A stretch of DNA of 64,000 bases from assembly GCA_963716145.1 (NCBI GenBank), contig OY970292.1:1029404-1093403 (forward strand), written 5' to 3'. Shown here piece after piece: positions 19,703-28,635 of the stretch (positions are counted from its first letter, which is position 1; every line of letters starts with the position of its first letter). This DNA is from Candidatus Levyibacteriota bacterium (GTDB lineage Bacteria > Patescibacteriota > Microgenomatia > Levybacterales > UBA12049). Made by a program: the position numbers and the translations under genes. Below the pieces are notes generated by a model that had not been told where the DNA came from, did no database searches, and saw nothing but the letters and a program-made list of their open reading frames with translations.

Positions 19703-22028
19703 GGGATTTTACAACTACGCTGATATTCTTAGGAAGAGTTGGGAAGAGGCTTGAAAGAAATAATATGTTTGGAGAAAATTTAATCTCAGATCCAGCGACT
19801 TGGGGGAGTGAACTTAGAATTTCTTTCGCCTCTTTCGCGGATTTATTTTTTAGCTTGTTGGCTACCTCATTATTGTCAATTTTTGGTAAAAGACCTGCAG
19901 TAATTTTAAGTTTTGCGTTAAGTTCTTTATCGTTTTTTACCTTAGCGTCTTTAATTTCGTTCTTCAAAGTTTCGTCAGCAAAGCTTATATCTTGTGAATA
20001 GTGATCTTTAAGAATAGATTTTTCAAAATTTTCCAAATCTTCATTTTGATAACTCATAGCCTCAAAATTTACTGTAGCATTTAATTTCACCTGCTTCGCT
20101 TCATCATCAACTCCTTTATCAAACTTCGGCTTCTCAAGAGTAGTATTTGAGAATCCGGGTAAGAGTGTTTCGTCGCTCCCTATTTTTTTGGAAAGATCCT
20201 CTGCTGCTTTTTTTTCAAGACTTTTGGGTAATTCTGACTTTAATTTTGTAAGATCAGCAGCGCTTACAACTGTTATTGTTTTTTTGCTTCCTCCCGAAAA
20301 GGCGCTGTCATTTTTCGCGGCAAGACTGCTGTTGCTGCCTACTGTAAATTTTGCAGCGGATGGAAGATTGGATTCAGTTCCTACATCTTTGGCGGTTACA
20401 TTTACCTGAGCTGTTCCTGGTTTGGTGCCCGAGAAAATATCCCCAGAGGCGGAGGCAATACTGATATCCTTATCGGTTGTAAAAATTAAGTTATTGTTTG
20501 ATTTAAGGCTAGTACCGCTACTAAGGGATACTGAACTGTCGGAATTATTGTAAATAGTTACGCTGCCTTTTGCCTTATTTCCTGTGTCTTTTTTGCCTGT
20601 AGCCTCAGTTGAAGTCTCACCATCGATGCTTGCTGAAACGCTATGAGCGGCAATAATATTTTTGGAAAAATCACTAGAGCCGGTTGTTGAAAAGGTAACA
20701 TTGGTATCTTGTGTAACAGCTTTTGGTTTAACAGATAAGACAACTTGAGCTTTTACATTATAAAAATAAAATATTGTAATTCCTATACCAATTATCAAAA
20801 TAGCCCCAATAATTATAAGGGGAAGTTTTAAGCCTTTATTTTTGGAAAAGAAACTTAATAGCCTACCTATCTTAGGAAGTGGAATTTTTGGTAAAGAGGC
20901 GAATATACCGGCAAATAGATTTTTCTTTCTTGTTGGTGGTAGTTTGTTTTCGCTGCTTTCGTCAGAAGATATTACGATAGGTTCTTCCTGCAATTCTGTA
21001 TGAAATGGTTTTTCTTCAATAAAGTCATCGATTTTTTCAAAATTATCACTTTCTATCTCAGAGGATTCTTCCAACTCTTTTTCCGAAGCAATTTCCACAA
21101 CCGCTGCTTTTACAGGCTGATTGGCAATATCTTGATCAAGGACAAAACCAAAATTCTCTACTACTGCTGGAGAGGGGGTTATTGGGAGAATATTTTCCTC
21201 CTCTTGGACTTGATCATTTTTTTCGTCAGTGGGGGTGGGCAATGGCGGGGTTTTATCTGACAAATCAAGCATCTCAAATCCCATTTGCTGACTGGCACCA
21301 TATGTTACAGCGCGACTCTCGTAATCTTCTGGTAGTACACTAACTTGAGGAACATGGAGAAAGGGTAATCCTTTGCTCCATTCATGATTCATAAAATGCT
21401 GAGTCAGTTCTTTTGCGCCTTTCGTATGAAAGAGAAGAATCTTGGTTGGGAGAACCGGGGCGGTAAAAGTTTTAAGCAGGTTATCAATTACGACAGGTAT
21501 AGAGTGTTCAATCGGACCTGAGCCGGATTCGCTTACTTTTCCTCCGCGAAAAAGTGTAACATGGGCTGTTTTTATGCCTGCTTCAATTAGGATTGCGGAA
21601 AGTGGGCTGCCCTCATCGCGCTGGATAATATTGGCAATGGCTTCATTTATTACCATAAATCCAATTGGAGATAAATCTAGTGCGTCGCACACATTCTTAA
21701 GTTTGGCAAGATATTCCTTTTTTATTTTTTTTGAATCCGGTTCAACCCAGCTTTCTTTTACGCCAAAGATTGTTTTATGGGTTTCTATATTTGGTGGTAA
21801 AACTTCCTCAGCTTTCGAAATAGTTTTATCAATTATCTTTACCAAATCTTCCTGTGGAATTGTTTCCAGCGGAGACGTAAAATGCTCGGTATGTTTGCCG
21901 ACAATTTTTATTTTTTCCGACTCCTCCTCCAGAATTACGCTGCTTGCCTTTTCATCATCCAGAATAAGAGCCAGATAATATCCTTTATCTGCTTTCTTGT
22001 TATTTAAAAATGGTATAGACAGCTTCAT
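19695..22028 (-). CDS. Large bitopic membrane protein: actin-like (FtsA/PilM-like) cytoplasmic N-domain, acidic linker, TM helix, Ser/Thr/Lys-rich extracytoplasmic region
   Basis: N-terminal ~230 aa loosely resemble FtsA/PilM subdomains (YYLALILDDEKASSVILEE, GIKTAHVTLFRGG). Then an E/D-rich linker, a TM helix (LPLIIIGAILIIGIGITIFYF), and ~350 aa of low-complexity S/T/K/D-rich sequence. No C-terminal LPXTG. Confidence 0.4.
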   Translation of the reverse strand: MKLSIPFLNNKKADKGYYLALILDDEKASSVILEEESEKIKIVGKHTEHFTSPLETIPQEDLVKIIDKTISKAEEVLPPNIETHKTIFGVKESWVEPDSKKIKKEYLAKLKNVCDALDLSPIGFMVINEAIANIIQRDEGSPLSAILIEAGIKTAHVTLFRGGKVSESGSGPIEHSIPVVIDNLLKTFTAPVLPTKILLFHTKGAKELTQHFMNHEWSKGLPFLHVPQVSVLPEDYESRAVTYGASQQMGFEMLDLSDKTPPLPTPTDEKNDQVQEEENILPITPSPAVVENFGFVLDQDIANQPVKAAVVEIASEKELEESSEIESDNFEKIDDFIEEKPFHTELQEEPIVISSDESSENKLPPTRKKNLFAGIFASLPKIPLPKIGRLLSFFSKNKGLKLPLIIIGAILIIGIGITIFYFYNVKAQVVLSVKPKAVTQDTNVTFSTTGSSDFSKNIIAAHSVSASIDGETSTEATGKKDTGNKAKGSVTIYNNSDSSVSLSSGTSLKSNNNLIFTTDKDISIASASGDIFSGTKPGTAQVNVTAKDVGTESNLPSAAKFTVGSNSSLAAKNDSAFSGGSKKTITVVSAADLTKLKSELPKSLEKKAAEDLSKKIGSDETLLPGFSNTTLEKPKFDKGVDDEAKQVKLNATVNFEAMSYQNEDLENFEKSILKDHYSQDISFADETLKNEIKDAKVKNDKELNAKLKITAGLLPKIDNNEVANKLKNKSAKEAKEILSSLPQVAGSEIKFSPNILFLSSLFPTLPKNISVVVKSHE

Positions 22029-22137
22029 AAAAAAATTTTCAATTTGAAATTTTCAATTTTCATTGAATTTTCAATATTTTAAAATTTAATTTTTCAAATT
22101 TAGATTTCATTTCAAATTTTAAATTGTAAATTAAAAA
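22029..22137. repeat. Palindromic intergenic repeat element, copy 3 (more diverged)
   Basis: aaaaaattttcaatttgaaattttcaattttcattgaa...tttcatttcaaattttaaattgtaaattaaaaatt. Its left arm is identical to copies 1 and 2. Confidence 0.6.
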
Positions 22138-23994
22138 TTATCCAACCTTGGCGTATATTCTCCTTTGCCCCCGTCCTAGTGCTTCCTGCTTTATTATCTT
22201 AAACGATTTCAACTTTGATGTAAAATCAACATGTGGGCCTCCGCAAAATTCAATAGAATAAACGTCTTTCAGATTCTTTGAGCCCCCTCCGATAAAGTAA
22301 ATTTTAGAAGTGTCCTGATAGGTGTCTCCAAACAGTCCAATCGCGTTCATTTCCTTGGCTTTCTCAGTTGGGATCATTTCAAAATGTACCGGCAAGTTTT
22401 CTTTTATTTTTTCATTTACGGTTTTTTCCAATTTCGTTACTTCCTCATCTGTTAGCTTACGGTCGAAATTGAAATCAAATCTTACTCGCTCGGTTGTGAT
22501 GTTTGAACCGGTCTGATGAAGTTGTTTTCCAAACATATCCCGAAGCGCCTGGTGCATAAGGTGAGTTGCAGTATGTCCCATGATTGTCCGCTCCTGGTGA
22601 TCCGCAAGCCCGCCTTTGAATTTTTGCCCGGCGCCTGATTTGGATAAATCCTTATGTCCTTTCATTTTTTCTGCAAAGGCTTTTTGATCAAAAGTATATC
22701 CCAGGCTTTTAATTTGGGTTGGAGAAAGTCCATGAGTTGTATAAATAATAAAAGCGTCGTCTGCTGAAATCTCTATACTGCCCATTAGTTCGTCTCCTAC
22801 CTGTTTTGTTTTAGTATATTTCTTTGCAAGAAAACTTTGTGCTTTTTTCAGACCCTGCTTATATTTGTTAGTTTCTTCAAGAATCACATTTTTGATTTTT
22901 TCAAAATTTGTAACCAGATCCGGATCAGTTTGGCTATATTGTTCAACAATTGCTTCGATGATTGGATCCAAGCTTTTACCATCCAGTTTGCTAAAGCTGT
23001 CAACAGCTCTTCTTATTAATCTTCTCAAAATATATCCCTGCTCTGTGTTGGATGGAGTAACGCCCGCATTAACTATAAAGCAGGAAGAAGCAAGATGAGC
23101 TGTGATCATGCGCATTTCTCTGATTTGGTCTTTATAATCTTTTCCTGTTTGTTTTTCAATTGATTTTATTACCGGCGCGAAAAGGGAAGTTAAAAAAACA
23201 TCCGGTTGGTTTTCAGCAGCCATCAAAAGTCTCTCTGCTCCAGCTCCATGGTCAACGTTGCGTTGCGGTAGTTTGGAAAATGAGGAATCATCATTTTTCT
23301 TATATTCCATAAAAACATTATTGCTAATCTCAAGATATCTTCCGCAGTCACAATTTATATGACATTTTTTATTTTTATATTGAGAATTTTCGTGAAGTTT
23401 GAGTCCCGCCCCAAAGTCATAAAATATTTCACTGTCAGGTCCTCCAAGCTCACCTGCCGGCATATTTTCGGGAATTCCGGCCCGTGACCACCAATTTTTT
23501 TCAGGACCATACGGAAAAATTCTGTCTTTCGGATTAAGGTTTACTCCATTAAATATCTCAGTCCAGACCGAAATTGCTTCTACATCTTTTGGAAATTCTT
23601 TGTGCTCGGCAAAAACGCTTATATATAAATTTTCGGGATCTATTCCCAGATCTTTTGTAATATATTCAAAAATCCAGGGAAGCTGCTCTTTTTTAAAATA
23701 GTCGCCCAACGACCAGTTCCCAATCATGCGGAAAAATGTCAGGTGTCTATTGTCTCCAACCTCATCAATATCATCAAGCGCGCCCTGACCTCTAAATACA
23801 TTCTGCACATTTACAAATCTTTTCCCTTGTGGGTGTGGTTCTCCAGCAAGGTAAGGGATAAGTGGCTGCATGCCTGAGTTGGTAAATAATGTCGTTGGAT
23901 CATTGAGAGGCACAAGAGGGGAGTTGGGGATTCTTTTGTGTCCCCTTTTCTCAAAAAAAGCTATGTATTTATCAATAATCTCGTGAGCGGTCAT
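22138..23994 (-). CDS. alaS: Alanine--tRNA ligase, short form lacking the C-Ala domain
   Basis: Class II catalytic core (FTNSGM, RHLTFFRMIGNWSLGDYFK). Editing-domain HxxxH (HTATHLMH) and CGGPHV. 618 aa. Confidence 0.85.
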   Translation of the reverse strand: MTAHEIIDKYIAFFEKRGHKRIPNSPLVPLNDPTTLFTNSGMQPLIPYLAGEPHPQGKRFVNVQNVFRGQGALDDIDEVGDNRHLTFFRMIGNWSLGDYFKKEQLPWIFEYITKDLGIDPENLYISVFAEHKEFPKDVEAISVWTEIFNGVNLNPKDRIFPYGPEKNWWSRAGIPENMPAGELGGPDSEIFYDFGAGLKLHENSQYKNKKCHINCDCGRYLEISNNVFMEYKKNDDSSFSKLPQRNVDHGAGAERLLMAAENQPDVFLTSLFAPVIKSIEKQTGKDYKDQIREMRMITAHLASSCFIVNAGVTPSNTEQGYILRRLIRRAVDSFSKLDGKSLDPIIEAIVEQYSQTDPDLVTNFEKIKNVILEETNKYKQGLKKAQSFLAKKYTKTKQVGDELMGSIEISADDAFIIYTTHGLSPTQIKSLGYTFDQKAFAEKMKGHKDLSKSGAGQKFKGGLADHQERTIMGHTATHLMHQALRDMFGKQLHQTGSNITTERVRFDFNFDRKLTDEEVTKLEKTVNEKIKENLPVHFEMIPTEKAKEMNAIGLFGDTYQDTSKIYFIGGGSKNLKDVYSIEFCGGPHVDFTSKLKSFKIIKQEALGRGQRRIYAKVG

Positions 23995-24059
23995 GGTAAG
24001 GATAATTATAGCATGAATTAGTATTTTTTAAGAAGCGTAGCATGTGATAAGATAAAGCT

Positions 24060-25568
24060 ATGAATATCCTTTTTGTTTCTGCTGAAGTTGCGCCTTTTGT
24101 ATCGGTTGGCGGGTTGTCGCAGGTTACTTATTTTTTGCCGGAAGCATTGCGAAATTTTGGGCATGATGTAAGAATATTTACTGCAAAATATGGAACAATG
24201 GACGTTGTAGCTCCCAATAAAGATGTGGAATTGTCAACCGAATTCTCTCAACTGGCTGTACCTACAGGAGAAGATCCAAGCACCGGTAAGAATTTAATCT
24301 GCAATATATTGGAATATAAGGATAATGAAAGCAAAACAACGGCTTATTTTTTGGAAAACAGGGAGTATTATGAACTCCGTGCCAACGTATACGGATATAA
24401 AGATGATCATATTCGGTTCGCGCTTCTTTCAAAGGGATGTCTTGAGTGGCTATATCAAATACAGCTAACGGGTAATTGGTGGCCTGATATTATTCATTGT
24501 CACGATTGGCATACTGCTTATCTTGTTGATTTTGTTAAACGTAGTCCGCGGTATGCCTCAATCTTTAAAGATGTTCCGGTTGTTTTAACAGCACATAATT
24601 TTTCCTTGCAAGGTAATTATGATTTTCGTTATGGTGACCAGAAAGAATATGATGATGGGACTACTAAGTTGGAGCCGATTATTTCTTTAAAGTTTCAATC
24701 ACAAAATCCATTGATGCGCGGCCTACTTCTTGCTGATGCCGTTAACACAGTTAGTCCTACTCATGCGGTTGAGGTTCTGACTCCTCAATATGCCGAAGGA
24801 CTGGATGATGTTCTGCAAAAAATAAAAGGAAAGTTGACAGGAATTCTAAATGGATTAGACACAGATAGTTTTAATCCCATGACGGATAAGAATGTTAAGA
24901 AAAAATACGATATAAAAAATTTTGAAATCGCCCGCGCAGAAAACAAGAAATATCTGCAAAAATTGTTTGAACTTCCGGTTGATTCCGCCCGCCCGCTAAT
25001 GGCGTTCAGTGGAAGATTGGTTGAGCAAAAAGGAATAGATTTAATTCTTAAAGTACTGCCTCATCTTTTCAGTGAAAGGCCCGATGTGCAATTTGTTGTT
25101 TTGGGTTCGGGAAATGATAGGTATAGACTTGAGCTAACTGTTCTTCAGAAAAAATATCCGGGTCAGCTGGGTCTTCATTTGCGTCCTGATTTTATACTGC
25201 CAAGAAAGATTTTTGCCGGTGCAGATATGATGTTAGTTCCAAGCATTTTTGAGCCTGGTGGAATTGTGGCGCTTGAAGCTTTGAGATATGGGTGCGTTCC
25301 TATCGTAAGACGGACAGGCGGACTAAATGATATTGTAACTGATTTTAAATCAAATACAAAATCAGGTAATGGTTTTTCTTTCAACAATATCGATCCGTGG
25401 GCACTTTTTGGATCAATCATTGAGGCACTTACTATTTATGGTTCTCCTTTGCAGTGGGCAGATTTAGTAAAAAATTGCATGACATCTGATTTTTCCTGGA
25501 ATCACGCAGCGGTAGAATATGATTCTTGGTACAAAAATGTAATAAAGGAAAAATTATCAAAACGATAA
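24060..25568 (+). CDS. glgA: Glycogen (starch) synthase, GT5 family
   Basis: N-terminal MNILFVSAEVAPFVSVGGLSQV (KTGGL-like ADP-glucose motif). Size ~500 aa. Followed by glgP. Confidence 0.75.
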   Translation: MNILFVSAEVAPFVSVGGLSQVTYFLPEALRNFGHDVRIFTAKYGTMDVVAPNKDVELSTEFSQLAVPTGEDPSTGKNLICNILEYKDNESKTTAYFLENREYYELRANVYGYKDDHIRFALLSKGCLEWLYQIQLTGNWWPDIIHCHDWHTAYLVDFVKRSPRYASIFKDVPVVLTAHNFSLQGNYDFRYGDQKEYDDGTTKLEPIISLKFQSQNPLMRGLLLADAVNTVSPTHAVEVLTPQYAEGLDDVLQKIKGKLTGILNGLDTDSFNPMTDKNVKKKYDIKNFEIARAENKKYLQKLFELPVDSARPLMAFSGRLVEQKGIDLILKVLPHLFSERPDVQFVVLGSGNDRYRLELTVLQKKYPGQLGLHLRPDFILPRKIFAGADMMLVPSIFEPGGIVALEALRYGCVPIVRRTGGLNDIVTDFKSNTKSGNGFSFNNIDPWALFGSIIEALTIYGSPLQWADLVKNCMTSDFSWNHAAVEYDSWYKNVIKEKLSKR

Positions 25569-25571
25569 AAT

Positions 25572-27245
25572 ATGATTGACAACTCAGCATGGTTTGAAGA
25601 GTTTCGTAAAAGTGAACATTTTACTTTTTTACAAAAAAAGCCTATTGCATACTTTTCTGTAGAGTATGCTCTATCTGATATTTTGCCAACTTACGCCGGA
25701 GGGCTTGGAGTTCTGGCAGGTGACTATATTCGGGAATTGGGAGATCAGCAAATTCCGGCAGTTGCGGTAGGACTTTTTTATCAAAACAAATATGGCGTAC
25801 TGGATATTCCTCACGCAAAGCAAAATTCTATTCCGTTAACTCCAGAGGAGCAGGGTTTGACACTTGTTCTTGATGAAAATAAAAAACCCATTATCGTTGA
25901 AGTACCCATTCAGGACCGACAGGTTTTTGTAAAAGCTTGGATGTGGCAGAAAAATAGTGTTCCTGTTTATCTTCTAGACACAGATGTTGAGGAAAATTCA
26001 CATGTGGACAGGCAAATAGTTTACCAATTGTACGATTCCGATAAAGAAACAAGATTAAAGCAAGAAATCATACTCGGAATAGGCGGATTTCGCTTGCTTG
26101 AAAAACTGAAAATAGAGCCGTCAATTTATCATATGAATGAGGGTCACTCGGCCATGCTTTATCTGGAAATTATCCGTCATGAGATGCAAAAGCGAAAAAT
26201 CAGTTTTAAAGACGCTATTTCACTTTCTACTCATCATGTTGTTTTTACCAACCACACACTCGTAGCATCAGGAAATGAGATATTTAGTAACGAATTATTT
26301 ACATTTTTATTATCGCGTTTTGCTACAGAGCTTGAAGTGCCAATGACAGATATCTTGTCGCTTGGGACAATTCAGGAGTCAAACAGCTTTTCAATGTCTC
26401 TGATGAGTCTTAAGTTAGCCGGAAAAATAAATGCAGTAAGCGTTCTTCATGCTAAAGAAGCTGCAAAATCCTGGTCTGATTATAAAATTGAGTCCGTTAC
26501 CAACGGTATTCATCTGCCATCTTGGGATAAAGCCAATAACCTACCGATCTCTCATCAGGAAAATAAAAAAACTCTTTTGGATTATATAAAAAAAGAAACC
26601 GGAAAGGAATGGGGAGAAAACGAGTTAATAATTGGTTGGGCAAGAAGAATGGTCCGTTATAAAAGACCGCTAAGTTTATTTGGAGATATTAGTAGATTCA
26701 AGACTATTACAACTGAAAAGACTCCAATTAGAATTGTAATGGGAGGTATTGCTCACCAGTCGGATGACGATGGACGGGAAATGGTTCAGCAGATAAAAGA
26801 AGTTATGCAGAAAGAGTTACCCGATACGGCTGTATTTTTAAATGATTATAGCGTTACTCTTTCTCGTCTTTTGACAACAGGTTGTGATATCTGGCTTAAC
26901 ACTCCTGTGATTGGGTCTGAAGCGTGCGGGACTAGCGGCATGAAAGCTTCTCTTAATGGAACCCTAACGATGAGTACGAAAGACGGATGGATTTACGAAG
27001 TAAATACGACGGAAATCGGATGGGATATAGATAGCGGAAGTGTTGAAAAAAGTATTTTGGATGTTTTTCAGCACGATATTTTGCCGATGTATTATGCCGA
27101 GGATAAAAGCCGCTGGGAGAGTCTTATGAAAAATTCCCGTAATTTAGTATTGAATAAATTTAGCACAACAAGAATGCTGAGGGAGTATTTTGAAAAATTA
27201 TACTTACCAACTATTACCGCCTCTTACACTCATTATTCCTCATAA
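25572..27245 (+). CDS. glgP: Alpha-glucan phosphorylase (GT35), short form
   Basis: EYALSDILPTYAGGLGVLAGDYIRE, and the PLP-binding lysine in ACGTSGMKASLNGTL. Confidence 0.8.
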   Translation: MIDNSAWFEEFRKSEHFTFLQKKPIAYFSVEYALSDILPTYAGGLGVLAGDYIRELGDQQIPAVAVGLFYQNKYGVLDIPHAKQNSIPLTPEEQGLTLVLDENKKPIIVEVPIQDRQVFVKAWMWQKNSVPVYLLDTDVEENSHVDRQIVYQLYDSDKETRLKQEIILGIGGFRLLEKLKIEPSIYHMNEGHSAMLYLEIIRHEMQKRKISFKDAISLSTHHVVFTNHTLVASGNEIFSNELFTFLLSRFATELEVPMTDILSLGTIQESNSFSMSLMSLKLAGKINAVSVLHAKEAAKSWSDYKIESVTNGIHLPSWDKANNLPISHQENKKTLLDYIKKETGKEWGENELIIGWARRMVRYKRPLSLFGDISRFKTITTEKTPIRIVMGGIAHQSDDDGREMVQQIKEVMQKELPDTAVFLNDYSVTLSRLLTTGCDIWLNTPVIGSEACGTSGMKASLNGTLTMSTKDGWIYEVNTTEIGWDIDSGSVEKSILDVFQHDILPMYYAEDKSRWESLMKNSRNLVLNKFSTTRMLREYFEKLYLPTITASYTHYSS

Positions 27246-27256
27246 GTCAATAATTG

Positions 27257-27285
27257 TTGACAACAAGGTAGGGAATTGGTATAAA
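27257..27285 (+). promoter_or_regulatory. Sigma70-like promoter (TTGACA-17-TATAAA)
   Basis: ttgaca at 27257-27262, a 17-nt spacer, then tataaa at 27280-27285. Sits about 10 nt upstream of the small ORF. Confidence 0.5.
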
Positions 27286-27295
27286 TCAAGTTAGT

Positions 27296-27529
27296 ATGTC
27301 AGTAGAAGTTCCTCATAGGGGAGAAGTAGTTTCAAGAGAAATTCATCTGCCAGGTTTTCGTTTAGGAAGAAATTTATCTGATTGGCTTGCTATTCCCAAA
27401 GACTCACCAGGGCGAACTGAGTATGCAAATGCAATAGCAGAAGTAGAGCAGGCAGAGCGTAAGGCAGCTCAAGTTGGCGAATCAGTTTTAATAAGAGGTT
27501 CTTCTATAGGAAGACGAAAAGCCGCTTAA
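27296..27529 (+). CDS. Small hypothetical protein (77 aa), or alternatively a small RNA
   Basis: ORF with its own consensus promoter and no obvious SD, followed by a 7-bp hairpin (cctgagc...gctcagg, 27582-27613). Locally higher GC than the neighbourhood. No recognisable family. Confidence 0.25.
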   Translation: MSVEVPHRGEVVSREIHLPGFRLGRNLSDWLAIPKDSPGRTEYANAIAEVEQAERKAAQVGESVLIRGSSIGRRKAA

Positions 27530-27609
27530 TCTTCAACTCTTCAAACCCTGTACATAATCAAAAAGGTAGTAATTGGCCTGAGCTTAGAGTATAATTACAT
27601 TGCTCAGGA

Positions 27610-27639
27610 TTGACAGTTGCTTTAAATTTAACCTAATAT
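27610..27639 (+). promoter_or_regulatory. Sigma70-like promoter (TTGACA-18-TAATAT) for the CorA-like gene
   Basis: ttgacagttgctttaaatttaacctaatat, followed by the RBS aaggagg. Confidence 0.45.
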
Positions 27640-27656
27640 TTAAGGAGGTCGTATTT

Positions 27657-28634
27657 ATGAAAATCCCAACAGTTACATATAATGGTCTATCCTACATTAA
27701 TTTAAGTAAGCCCACAGAAGAAGAGGTAAAATTCCTCAATAAGAATTTCGGTTTTAGCATGCTTAATTTGGAGGATTATCTCTACAAAACCCAAATCCCC
27801 AAGATTGAAATTTACAAGGATTATTCGCTTCTTGTGATGGATATTCCCTATATTCAGCAGTCGCCCAAGCCGAAAAAAGAGCGACAAAGAATTTCCCTGC
27901 CAATATTTCCTAAAACAGGTAGAAAGAAACGTATAAGTGTCGGAGAGGTAGATTTCTTTATTGGAAAGGATTATGTTGTGGTATTGCATGATGATAGCAC
28001 GCCGCAAATAGATGAGTTATTTGAAATGTGTAAAATTACGTCAGCTCATAGGGAAGAGCTGATGGGTCGAGGACCTGTTTATTTGCTCTACCGTATAATT
28101 GATGCACTTGTCGACTCATCTCTCTCCTATATCGAAGACATCACAACAACTATTGATACAATTGACCGTCAAATTGAGGACAGTAGAACAGCATCAGTTA
28201 TTGAGGATATATCAATGACAAGGCGCAATATAGTTGTTTTTGAGACAATGATCAAGCCAGCCCTTCCTATTTTTGCGGATTTGGAAAAAGGTAAATACAA
28301 AGAACTCAATGGTGAAATGATGCAGTATTGGTCAAATATTCTGGACCATTTGCAGAAAATTTGGGAGCGCCTTGAAGATAATAAAGAGTTGATTGCGGGT
28401 ATCGCATCAAGTCATGAGTCTATACTTTCAAACCGCAGCAATGAATTGGTTAAGTTTTTTACAGTACTCACGGCCATGTCTTTTCCATTTGTCATCGTTA
28501 ACAATCTTTACTCTATGAATGTTAAGGGTTTGCCTTTCGCAAATTCTCCCTGGATAGTTTGGGTATTGTTTTTATTGATACTGGCTGGGGCAATGGTGGT
28601 GGTTGCTTATTTCAAATACCGCGAATGGTTATAA
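27657..28634 (+). CDS. CorA-family divalent cation (Mg2+/Co2+) transporter-like protein
   Basis: Start at ATG 27657 after aaggagg. Two C-terminal TM helices with YSMNVKGLP (a variant of the GMN motif loop) and a C-terminal KYREWL tail. Confidence 0.6.
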   Translation: MKIPTVTYNGLSYINLSKPTEEEVKFLNKNFGFSMLNLEDYLYKTQIPKIEIYKDYSLLVMDIPYIQQSPKPKKERQRISLPIFPKTGRKKRISVGEVDFFIGKDYVVVLHDDSTPQIDELFEMCKITSAHREELMGRGPVYLLYRIIDALVDSSLSYIEDITTTIDTIDRQIEDSRTASVIEDISMTRRNIVVFETMIKPALPIFADLEKGKYKELNGEMMQYWSNILDHLQKIWERLEDNKELIAGIASSHESILSNRSNELVKFFTVLTAMSFPFVIVNNLYSMNVKGLPFANSPWIVWVLFLLILAGAMVVVAYFKYREWL

Positions 28635-28635
28635 A

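Noticed and set aside
19695-22028. The 777-aa protein as a sortase substrate
   Set aside because: No LPXTG-like motif followed by a hydrophobic segment and a basic tail at the C-terminus. The only TM helix is internal.
27257-27613. tmRNA (ssrA) candidate, because the ORF ends ...KAA-stop
   Set aside because: No tRNA-like acceptor/T-arm pairing between the 5-prime and 3-prime ends. The 3-prime hairpin has an 18-nt loop rather than a T-loop. There is no GGGG 5-prime start, and the tag would be far too long.
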